From Chlamydiales bacterium (GTDB lineage Bacteria > Chlamydiota > Chlamydiia > Chlamydiales > JBDQID01), in the NCBI GenBank assembly GCA_047611865.1, contig JBLFWS010000064.1, forward strand, positions 1 to 16,257: a stretch of 16,257 nucleotides of DNA, read 5' to 3'. The notes under the pieces are model-generated. The model worked only from the letters and a program-made list of their open reading frames with translations, ran no database searches and had not been told where the DNA came from. Both the position numbers and the translations under genes were made by a program. Below, piece by piece: positions 7,053 to 15,794 of the stretch (position 1 is the stretch's first letter; the number at the start of each line of letters is the position of its first letter).

Positions 7053-8435
7053 ATGAAAAATAGAGAGCACTGGAGTTCCAGCCTGGGATTCATTCTCGCT
7101 GCAGCAGGATCTGCTGTAGGCCTTGGAAGCCTTTGGAGGTTTCCTTACTATACTGGAGAAAATGGAGGCGGTCTGTTCGTCCTCTGTTATCTTTTTTTTA
7201 CTTTCTTTGTAGGCTTACCGGTTTTTATGGCTGAACTAGTCATTGGCCGTCGTGCGCAAAAAAGCCCTGTGGGAGCACTATCAGAACTGTCCAACCACTC
7301 AGACAACTGGAAAATGTTGGGATGGTTTTGTGTTTTTTCCAACTTTATCATCCTATCTTTTTACAGTGTCGTAGCAGGCTGGGGAGTCAACTATGCTCTT
7401 ATGAGCATGTGTCACTTTACCGAAAATCGCAGCCCAGAAGAAATCCGTTCTGTCTTCGACGTCATCTACCGCTCCGGGGACATCAACATGTTCTGGCACA
7501 GTATTTTTATGATGATAACCGTAGGAATTGTTTTCGGTGGTGTTCGAAAAGGTATTGAGTTTTGGAGTAAAATACTAATGCCCGCTCTTTTAATAATCCT
7601 TTTTGGCTTATTCATTTACAGCACTACTCTAAGTGGATTTCAGGAAGCGGTACATTTTGTTTTGTATCCCGACCCCTCAAAGTTTGGTCCCCATAGTATT
7701 TTGAAAGCCTTGGGAATGTCTTTTTTCACTTTAAGCCTAGGCCTTGGGATCGTCCTTACCTATGGCAGCTACATGAGACCAGATGACGACATCCCCAAGA
7801 CTGCCCTCATTATCTCTTGTATCAATGTATTCGTTTCCATTATCGCCAGCTTGATGATTTTCCCGATAATTTTCACCTTTGGCTTTCAGCCAGAAGAAGG
7901 TCCAGGGCTTGTTTTCAAAACCATGCCTGTACTATTTGAAAAATTACAGGGCGGAACATTCCTGGCTACCACCTTTTTTATGGTGCTTGTATTTACAGCC
8001 ATAACCTCTTCTATTTCTCTCTTGGAGGTACTAGTAGCAAATTTTATTGAGCTTCTTGACTGGTCAAGAAAACGTGCGGCTGTTGCCGTAGGTATAGGCG
8101 CTTTCATTTTTGGAATTCCCAGTGCTTTGGCAGGATCTGGAACTCTTTTTTCCACATGGGAAGAAATTTACGGAAAGGATTTCTTCAACACCCTTAGCGA
8201 TGCTCCGGATATGCTTCTATCCTTAGGAGGGCTAGGCATAGCCATTTTTGTTGGCTGGTACCTGGACAAAGATCTAGTAAAAGATGAGTTCTGTAAAGGG
8301 ACAGCCTATCCATGGGTATTTACCCCTTGGCGCTTTCTAGTTCGATGGATAGCTCCGACCGCTATCCTTGCGATCATACTACACCAAGGGAACCATGGTG
8401 TTATGGAAAGCTTGTTACAATTCCTTTGGAAATAA
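7053..8435 (+). CDS. Sodium-dependent transporter, NSS/SLC6 (LeuT/TnaT-like) family
   Basis: REHWSSSLGFILAAAGSAVGLGSLWRFPY, NGGGLF, FFTLSLGLG..TYGSY, GPGLVF and AITSSISLLE motifs. Multiple TM segments. Confidence 0.93.
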   Translation: MKNREHWSSSLGFILAAAGSAVGLGSLWRFPYYTGENGGGLFVLCYLFFTFFVGLPVFMAELVIGRRAQKSPVGALSELSNHSDNWKMLGWFCVFSNFIILSFYSVVAGWGVNYALMSMCHFTENRSPEEIRSVFDVIYRSGDINMFWHSIFMMITVGIVFGGVRKGIEFWSKILMPALLIILFGLFIYSTTLSGFQEAVHFVLYPDPSKFGPHSILKALGMSFFTLSLGLGIVLTYGSYMRPDDDIPKTALIISCINVFVSIIASLMIFPIIFTFGFQPEEGPGLVFKTMPVLFEKLQGGTFLATTFFMVLVFTAITSSISLLEVLVANFIELLDWSRKRAAVAVGIGAFIFGIPSALAGSGTLFSTWEEIYGKDFFNTLSDAPDMLLSLGGLGIAIFVGWYLDKDLVKDEFCKGTAYPWVFTPWRFLVRWIAPTAILAIILHQGNHGVMESLLQFLWK

Positions 8436-8481
8436 AACGATTCACTAAATTAATTTAACTTTTTACGAGGTAAACAGTTTC

Positions 8482-10335
8482 ATGAGTACAGGAACATTAA
8501 AAATTCATAGTGAGAATATTCTCCCTATCATCAAACAGTGGCTATATTCTGACAAAGACATTTTCGTCCGAGAACTGGTTTCCAATGCCTGTGATGCCAT
8601 TCAAAAAACCAAAGTCCTTCGTGACCTCGGAGACGTTGAAGCTCTTGACGAAGACTTTCGCATTGAAATTAAGGTCAACGAAGAAGAGAAAACGCTGACG
8701 TTTATCGATAACGGTATCGGTATGAATGCTGAGGAAGTTGAAAAATATATCGCTGAGCTTGCTTTTTCTGGAGCAGAAGACTTTGTGAAGAAATACACAA
8801 GCGAAGATGAAAAGGACCAAATCATTGGTCACTTTGGTCTAGGATTTTACTCCACTTACATGGTCGCTGACAAAGTTGAGATAAACACCTTATCTTACAA
8901 AGCTGATGCCGATCCAGCACTCTGGTCCTGTGATGGAACTGCTGAATACGATCTTTCTAAAGGCTCTCGTGAAAATCGAGGAACAGAAATCACTTTACAC
9001 GTTATGGATGACGAGAAGGAATTTCTTGACGTTTCAAAACTTACAGAAATATTGACACGTTACTGCTCTTTCCTTCCCTATCCCATTTACTTAAATGACA
9101 CTCATATCAACAAGGCTGAACCCCTCTGGGTAAAATCGCCTGCAGACTGCACCGATGAAGACTACCTCAACTTCTATCACCAACTCTACCCAATGGAAGC
9201 TGACCCTTTGTTTTGGGTTCATTTAAATGTAGACTTTCCCTTCCATCTCAAAGGAATTCTCTATTTCCCAAAAATCCGTAATAATTACGATTTCAGCAAA
9301 AACAATATGCGCCTGTTCTGCAACAGAGTTTTTGTTTCTGATGATTGCCGAGACCTCGTTCCTGACTTTCTTACCATGCTTCAAGGTGCCATTGACAGTC
9401 CCGATATTCCATTAAATGTCTCCCGAAGCACATTACAAATGGATAGAAATGTGCGCCAGATGGGCACACATATATCCAAGAAAATCTCTGACCGTCTAAG
9501 CAACGTTTATAAGGCTGATAGAGAAAAGTTCATTACATTCTGGGAAGATATTGAAGTCATCGTAAAGCTTGGTGCCATGCAAGATGAGAAGTTTTACTCC
9601 CGAGTAAAAGAACTCCTTTTGTGGAAAAATGCCCAAAGCGAATGGACCAATATCGAAGACTACCTTGAGAGAAACAAGGAAAAACATGAAAACGTTGCCT
9701 ATTACTCAATAGAAGAAAACCGGACTTCCAATTTTCTTGAGCTCTACAAGCAACAAGGTATTGAAGTTCTTTGCACAGCTTCCTCTGTAGATGTTCATTT
9801 GATAAGCTTTTTAGAAAGTAAACTCCAACCCGCCAAATTCAAGCGCATTGACAGCAGTACTGACGATGTAATTCTCGATAAAAGCAAAGAGAAAACACTC
9901 CTTGATACGGAAGGTAAAACCGAGGCTATAAAGCTCGCTGAGTTTGTAAAAACAAAGCTTGATTTGAAAAACGTTGAAGTCGAAGCCAAAAGCCTCGCTA
10001 GTGATTCTGTTCCAGGCTTCGTGATGTTTGATGAAAACGCTCGGCGTATGCGCGACTACCTTGCCTCAAGCAATGGTCAGTTAGACATCGTGGACGACAC
10101 AATCATGGGAAAGCGCACGTTTGTTGTAAATACCAACAACAGCCTTATCAACTCCCTCGAAGAACTCAACAAGCAAGACAGCGACCTTGCGAAAGAGCTC
10201 GTTCAGCATGTTTATCAGTTATCTCTTCTTTCTCAAAAGGAAATGCCTGCACAAACTTTGAATGAATTTATCACACGTAGTAGTGATGTTATTCAAAAGT
10301 TAACAGACATAGCCACGAAAAAGAAAGAAAGCTAA
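8482..10335 (+). CDS. htpG: Molecular chaperone HtpG (Hsp90)
   Basis: LYSDKDIFVRELVSNACDA, DNGIGM, IGHFGLGFYS, IDSPDIPLNVSRS. GAGG SD near 8467-8470. Confidence 0.97.
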   Translation: MSTGTLKIHSENILPIIKQWLYSDKDIFVRELVSNACDAIQKTKVLRDLGDVEALDEDFRIEIKVNEEEKTLTFIDNGIGMNAEEVEKYIAELAFSGAEDFVKKYTSEDEKDQIIGHFGLGFYSTYMVADKVEINTLSYKADADPALWSCDGTAEYDLSKGSRENRGTEITLHVMDDEKEFLDVSKLTEILTRYCSFLPYPIYLNDTHINKAEPLWVKSPADCTDEDYLNFYHQLYPMEADPLFWVHLNVDFPFHLKGILYFPKIRNNYDFSKNNMRLFCNRVFVSDDCRDLVPDFLTMLQGAIDSPDIPLNVSRSTLQMDRNVRQMGTHISKKISDRLSNVYKADREKFITFWEDIEVIVKLGAMQDEKFYSRVKELLLWKNAQSEWTNIEDYLERNKEKHENVAYYSIEENRTSNFLELYKQQGIEVLCTASSVDVHLISFLESKLQPAKFKRIDSSTDDVILDKSKEKTLLDTEGKTEAIKLAEFVKTKLDLKNVEVEAKSLASDSVPGFVMFDENARRMRDYLASSNGQLDIVDDTIMGKRTFVVNTNNSLINSLEELNKQDSDLAKELVQHVYQLSLLSQKEMPAQTLNEFITRSSDVIQKLTDIATKKKES

Positions 10336-10376
10336 GCTTTTACTCTTTGTTTTCTAAAGAGTTCTAAAGAACACAG

Positions 10377-10434
10377 AGAGCCCAAGTTTCGAGTCTGACT
10401 GAGAAGTCCCCCTCGTAACTTGGGCTCTTTTTTT
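10377..10434 (+). terminator. Rho-independent terminator after htpG
   Basis: Perfect 12-bp stem AGAGCCCAAGTT (10377-10388) / AACTTGGGCTCT (10417-10428), continued by CGAG/CTCG and GACT-GAGA-AGTC, followed by a T run. It lies between convergent genes. Confidence 0.8.
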
Positions 10435-10492
10435 GCCTACTATAAGATCTAAAATCCCAGGTAGGAATTTACCAAGCTCACTTAAAATTCAT

Positions 10493-11428
10493 TCAATTCA
10501 TCATTAAGGGAGTTACGACGGGACTTTCTTCCTTATTCCCCTCCTTCAGAGAATCAAGAACATAAAAAGCCTCAATAAATCGGTCCATCACAGCTTGTTC
10601 AACTCGGGCTTTAAAGTGACTAGGACTTGGCATATAGAGTGTCATTAGCAAGTTCTCGGGATCCTTAACCGTAAGCATTACTCGGGGTTCCATTGATGGT
10701 AGCTCAAGGCTACGACGTCTCTCCAGTTGCTGTATCCGACGACGAGCTCTATCTATATAATTTTCAGACTCTTCTATCGCAATATTTAGCAAAAGTTTCC
10801 TAGCCTTTCTCCAATCATCAGAAACTTTTATGGGTATCTCGATGTTATGAAGATAAAAGTCTTCCAAAAATGACTCGTTTACCACGAAACTATTAAGTAG
10901 CATACTGTTAGGAAAAGTAATAGAACGGCCCGTTTGATGATGAATCCCAGAACTTGGTCCAACCTCCATCACCGTTGTTGCAAAGAGGTTTATATCTATC
11001 ACATCACCCCGTAAACCATTTATCTCAATTCTATCTCCCAGGTCATAGGAATGCCCCCGAACACGGAGAAATGATCCATTGAAACACAAAAGCATCTCTT
11101 TAATAGCCAACACAATAGCAAGAGCAATGGCAAAAAGTGAAAGGGCTAGCGTATGCACTTCCTCCGACCAGATATAAAATAACCCAATCAGCATGATCCA
11201 TAAGTACGTAGTTCTTGTGGTTCCAATCCAACGCAATCGTTGTTCCGGAGACCATAATTTCTTAGAATCACGAATGGACTTCACGGCGACATATCGCATA
11301 AAGATAATCATACATAGAAAAAGCGCAGTGTGAATTGCATTAGTAACGAAATACGATTCGAATAACCAATATGGCAAGAATTCCAGGAACATCATCAGCG
11401 CTACCCCCCCCTTGTGAGATTTTCTCAT
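10493..11428 (-). CDS. MscS family mechanosensitive channel
   Basis: TM region followed by YDLGDRIEINGLRGDVIDINLFATTV and ITFPNSMLL..VVN. The true start may be ATG 11395 or 11392. Confidence 0.88.
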   Translation of the reverse strand: MRKSHKGGVALMMFLEFLPYWLFESYFVTNAIHTALFLCMIIFMRYVAVKSIRDSKKLWSPEQRLRWIGTTRTTYLWIMLIGLFYIWSEEVHTLALSLFAIALAIVLAIKEMLLCFNGSFLRVRGHSYDLGDRIEINGLRGDVIDINLFATTVMEVGPSSGIHHQTGRSITFPNSMLLNSFVVNESFLEDFYLHNIEIPIKVSDDWRKARKLLLNIAIEESENYIDRARRRIQQLERRRSLELPSMEPRVMLTVKDPENLLMTLYMPSPSHFKARVEQAVMDRFIEAFYVLDSLKEGNKEESPVVTPLMMN

Positions 11429-11581
11429 CCTCCTTTAAAGAGAACGAGAGCCTGCCCTTGATCAGAATTACTACTATTTTTTTTAAGAAAGACAAAAAAA
11501 TTATAACAACTGTATCTTTTTTTTGCTATGATGACGAAAGGAAAAGCTTTTTTTAACAAAGTAAAATTGCCGTGATACTCT

Positions 11582-14500
11582 ATGAAAAAAACTTTACTAC
11601 TTCTCTTAGTACTTCTACTATCCCTTCCAGCTTGGACAATCTCCCAAGAAGCCGATAGTAAAAATGAACAGGCTATTGAAAACTATTCCGGGGCTTATCA
11701 ACTATTTCCCGTTGACGGCCCTATCGAAGTAAAGACTCACCCCGGCTACCTATATACCCATGTTGAAGGGATCGCACCCAATTGGAAATTAGGAACATTA
11801 GGTGAAGTTCTAAAAAAACACGAATCTGTCATGGGTGATGGTACTGTTAAAGTTTTCAGAGCCTCGATAAATTCAGGCTTTCATGTTGTTGAAGAGCAGC
11901 ATGCCATCGGCACCCTTCTCTTAAAGTTAAAAGGCGATCACCGTGAAAATTTTCGCTATTTTATTCGCCAAGGGCCCGTGACTGTTGCCGAGGGAGAAGT
12001 TAACGAATCACAACTCGACGCCATTCCAGAAATTAACTTGCCCCATGGTGGTTATACTTTTCAGGCTATTTCCCAAGGTTTTGCCACTCCCCAGCCAATA
12101 CCTTTCAACATTACTAAAGAAACTACCCCTGTAAGCCTTGATGTCTCTCTTAATATCGATGATGTTCTTCTCCGCGTCTCCACCACCCCCAATAACATTA
12201 CCCATGGTAGAAAAGGTATTCTTCGTAACATCTCCGTTGATGAAGAGAAAGTTATTTGGTCTCGTGAAATAGACCTCAGCGGAAATATCATTGCCATCGA
12301 AGAGGGACAATATACCCTCGAATTCCCTAAAGTCGATGGCTACGATGGCCCAGGAAGAACCAATATAATGGGGCGTTTCAACCTAACTTCCGTTAACTCT
12401 CCATATAACATCATCGGAAAATACAGCGTTCCACAAAGTCGCCTTGTTGTTCGTTATAGCACGGGTCCCAAACAAGAACGAATCGACAGAGTTCGCTTTT
12501 GGGTTATTGACAATGATGGCAATCGCTTCATGTATCCTAAAGAATTTGAGTACTACGATGATCCCGAAACTTTTGAGCGCGAAATTGTCGTGGAGCCATT
12601 AAAACCTGGTAACTACACCCTAGAATTTCTTGTACCCAACGCCGATGGTTTATTTCCTATGGTGCCCAAGCACGAGCTGAGCATATTGGAAGGTAAGACC
12701 ACAAGAATCAATCAACCCATCATTCCACAGTATGGATCCATCTCAGCCAACATTGACATACAACCCCGAAAAGAAGTCATCTCAATAACAGAAGCCATAG
12801 ATAGCGACACCTTCAAAAAAATTCCTTTTATCGCCGTCTTCGACGAAAAAGGTGATGTAAAAGCATCTTCCGCAACAGGAGAGCTCACCGCTGACTACCT
12901 TGTCCCCGGAGAGTATACCCTTGTTTTCGGAGACCTCGACTTCTATATCACGCCTCCAGAGACCCGCGTAAGCATAGAACCTAGTGAACGTATCGGCCCA
13001 GTCACAGGCCTTTACGCTACTGAAGCTGTGGAGCTTTCTATCGACACCAACAAACCCGATCAAAAGTGGACCCTCCGCCATCGCGACAAAGTTTTGCTCT
13101 CCAATATCGGTGACAGCGGCCCCCTCTTCCTTCCTCCTGGAGAAGATTATTCCATCGAGGCAGATGACCTTGCAAGTTTTGATGTGGACGTTGCCCCCGG
13201 TGAAGAATTTGACTTGATTTTCGAAGAGCCCGTCCACGCCCTCATTACTTATACCCCTGAGTACGGCAGTCTTTCTTTTGATAGCCCCATTGAGCTTGTT
13301 GATGAAGATACCATTACCATTCAGTTCACTTCTCATGACGGTGGCACCCATCAGTCTCGCTCCTTTTACGAAGAAAACGGAAGACTCTTTTGGGAAGAGC
13401 AAAATTTCCCTGCAGGATCCTACATCGTTAATTACGATGTCCCTCCCTATTACGCCCCAATGGACGCCGAACACATTGTCATTGAAAAAGGACAATATCT
13501 CCGAGTCACTCCCCAATTTAAGCTAAACCGGGCCCTCTTTGTTCATACCAATAATCCTGAGGCCCTTTTCACCCTCACCTCTGAGGATGGGAAGAAGCAA
13601 GTTGATGGTGGTGGAATGGAACACACCTTTGCCCAATTGCTACCAGGAAAATACACTCTCAGTTTTTCTGCTACGGATTTAAACAATGTCATCGTTCCAG
13701 AAGATATTGAAGTCACGATCCCTAAAAAAATTGATGTTCCCGTCGAGGCGAACTATTCTTATAGTGCTCATCTTACCGTTACTTCTAACGTCAAAACATT
13801 TCCGATCTCTATTACAAATTTAAGTAAAGGTCCCGACAACAAACGAATGGAAGTTGTCGAGAACAAAGGGAGAACTTTCACTCTTCCTGAGGGAAAATAT
13901 CGAATAAATTTTCATGCCCTCGAAGGAGACTGGAACGGTCGCTTTGGAGAGAATCACCCCGATCCTGTAGAGATTGAATTAGAAGCCACCCAAACCGAAT
14001 ATATCCATGCCGTGTATGAAGCCAATAGAGGAAGCCTCGCAGTAACCAGCAACTTAAATGAAGCCTCCTATACCGTCTGGGATGTCTCCGAAGCCGAACC
14101 ACTTGTTATTGGAGCTTTTAGAGGAAAGCACTCCGTTATCCCTCTCACATTTGTTGGGAAATACAAAGTTGTGTTTGATGAGCTTCCCAACCACAGAACT
14201 CCCGAGTCTGCCACGATTCAAATCAGTCCCAATAAAAGAGAGACGGTAGGTGGCGAGTACAACCCCCTTCAAAAAGTAGTTGCCGTTCCCGCTGGTCCGA
14301 CTATTATTGGGGATACATTCGGTGATGGAGGGATGGATGAAAAACCCAGCCGAACAGTTGATTTGAATGCTTTCTCTATCGCTGTTTACGAAGTTACAAA
14401 CGACCAATACGCTGAATGGCTAACACGAGCAAAGAAAGAAGGTAAGGTCGAGTACCTTACCAAAAAGGGACTGAAGGGACAAGTCAGAGACCTCGAAGGT

Positions 14501-15190
14501 CGCCTCCTTTTTGAAACACTAGAAGCTGATAGCGATAGCCAGATCGAAGCAGAAGAAAGAGAAGGCACTGTATTTTTCACTCCGATAATGGGTAAAGAAA
14601 ACCACCCTGTTATAGAAGTGTCCTGGTATGGCGCCACCATGTATTGTCAAGATAATGGTTTTCGCCTTCCGACAGAAACTGAGTGGGAGAAAGCCGCAGG
14701 TATTGCCCCCACACCCTCAGGCCGTCCCCTGAAAAAATACTACTATGGATTTGGAAGAGATCATATTTCCAAAACTTTAGCCAACTATACGGAAGAGTAC
14801 GGAAAGATCCGGACGAGTCAGGTCAGGACCTCCCCTGTGGGATTTTACGATGGAATCAGTATTATCGCTTTCAATGAAGACGTCCTCAAAGACCTCATGA
14901 ATAAGCCAGAGATGATTCATACATCCTACGGCAGCAATCTTTCCAAAAGTCCCGCAGGCTGTTACGATATGAGTGGTAATGTCCGGGAGTGGGTCAACGA
15001 TTGGTATGACCCTGATTATTATAACTATATCGAAAGTCTCAATCCTATAGGACCCGGCCACGGAAGCTTAAAGGTTACTAAAGGAGGCTCTTACAACAGC
15101 GTTCCTTATGAATTGCGAACATCTTCAAGGATGCCACTGCCTCCAGAAAACACCGATTCACTCACAGGCTTTAGGATTGTTGTAGAATAG
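11582..15190 (+). CDS. Large secreted protein: signal peptide, ~9 PEGA/Ig-like beta-sandwich repeats, and a C-terminal formylglycine-generating enzyme (FGE/SUMF1)-like domain
   Basis: N-terminus MKKTLLLLLVLLLSLPAW. Recurrent xPGxYxxxF motifs. FGE-family motifs YEVTNDQY, HPVIEVSW, RLPTETEWEKAA, GCYDMSGNVREW, KGGSY and TGFR. Confidence 0.85.
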   Translation: MKKTLLLLLVLLLSLPAWTISQEADSKNEQAIENYSGAYQLFPVDGPIEVKTHPGYLYTHVEGIAPNWKLGTLGEVLKKHESVMGDGTVKVFRASINSGFHVVEEQHAIGTLLLKLKGDHRENFRYFIRQGPVTVAEGEVNESQLDAIPEINLPHGGYTFQAISQGFATPQPIPFNITKETTPVSLDVSLNIDDVLLRVSTTPNNITHGRKGILRNISVDEEKVIWSREIDLSGNIIAIEEGQYTLEFPKVDGYDGPGRTNIMGRFNLTSVNSPYNIIGKYSVPQSRLVVRYSTGPKQERIDRVRFWVIDNDGNRFMYPKEFEYYDDPETFEREIVVEPLKPGNYTLEFLVPNADGLFPMVPKHELSILEGKTTRINQPIIPQYGSISANIDIQPRKEVISITEAIDSDTFKKIPFIAVFDEKGDVKASSATGELTADYLVPGEYTLVFGDLDFYITPPETRVSIEPSERIGPVTGLYATEAVELSIDTNKPDQKWTLRHRDKVLLSNIGDSGPLFLPPGEDYSIEADDLASFDVDVAPGEEFDLIFEEPVHALITYTPEYGSLSFDSPIELVDEDTITIQFTSHDGGTHQSRSFYEENGRLFWEEQNFPAGSYIVNYDVPPYYAPMDAEHIVIEKGQYLRVTPQFKLNRALFVHTNNPEALFTLTSEDGKKQVDGGGMEHTFAQLLPGKYTLSFSATDLNNVIVPEDIEVTIPKKIDVPVEANYSYSAHLTVTSNVKTFPISITNLSKGPDNKRMEVVENKGRTFTLPEGKYRINFHALEGDWNGRFGENHPDPVEIELEATQTEYIHAVYEANRGSLAVTSNLNEASYTVWDVSEAEPLVIGAFRGKHSVIPLTFVGKYKVVFDELPNHRTPESATIQISPNKRETVGGEYNPLQKVVAVPAGPTIIGDTFGDGGMDEKPSRTVDLNAFSIAVYEVTNDQYAEWLTRAKKEGKVEYLTKKGLKGQVRDLEGRLLFETLEADSDSQIEAEEREGTVFFTPIMGKENHPVIEVSWYGATMYCQDNGFRLPTETEWEKAAGIAPTPSGRPLKKYYYGFGRDHISKTLANYTEEYGKIRTSQVRTSPVGFYDGISIIAFNEDVLKDLMNKPEMIHTSYGSNLSKSPAGCYDMSGNVREWVNDWYDPDYYNYIESLNPIGPGHGSLKVTKGGSYNSVPYELRTSSRMPLPPENTDSLTGFRIVVE

Positions 15191-15794
15191 TTGTAAACCA
15201 CGGAACTAATCCTTTAGTCATTTTTTCTAAGTTACTCGTTATCAGCAAAATAGGCAGACTTCGTCTAAATTCCCTTTTTTTCTGAAATTCTATAAAAGCA
15301 ATGATGTCAATTACATCGTGAGACTTTATAGCTTTGCGCCAAAGTTATACTACTCTTAGAATATTCTAATACAATAGCTTATGCCAAAAAGCCCCCTTCC
15401 GTAGAGGATGGTGCAGCGAGCTAAAATCCGAGCAAAACATAGTTGGGTCAGGTCAAAAGGAAAAAATAAAAGAACTGCAACAGCTAAAGCACTAATAAGC
15501 AAGATCATCGCTTCTCTTGATCCCTCGATCTAATAAGCAAGCCCTCTTCCAATAAATCGTCTTTTTAACAAAATCTTACAATCCTCTTTTAAACATCTTT
15601 AAAAACCTTAGTTTTTTACATAATTAAGCCACATAAGTTTTCACATTATTACTATATATTGTAGAATTGTATTAACATGTAACTATAACTTCATTTTATA
15701 CGTATCTAACTACTCATAGAAAATGTGACTCCTTGGTTTAGCAATAAGGACAAAATATGGTCTATAAACACTTCAACCCCAAAGGGAACTAAAG

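Noticed and set aside
12782..13516. 244-aa antisense ORF and the other nested or antisense ORFs in the track
   Set aside because: These are shadows of well-supported genes on the other strand or frame, with no recognisable motifs.
15080..15190. Diversity-generating retroelement variable region in the C-terminal FGE/CLec domain
   Set aside because: No template repeat differing at adenines and no reverse transcriptase in the window. A remote template cannot be excluded without a genome-wide BLASTN.
15492..15541. CRISPR mini-array
   Set aside because: Only two 12-bp repeats, too short, and no cas genes.
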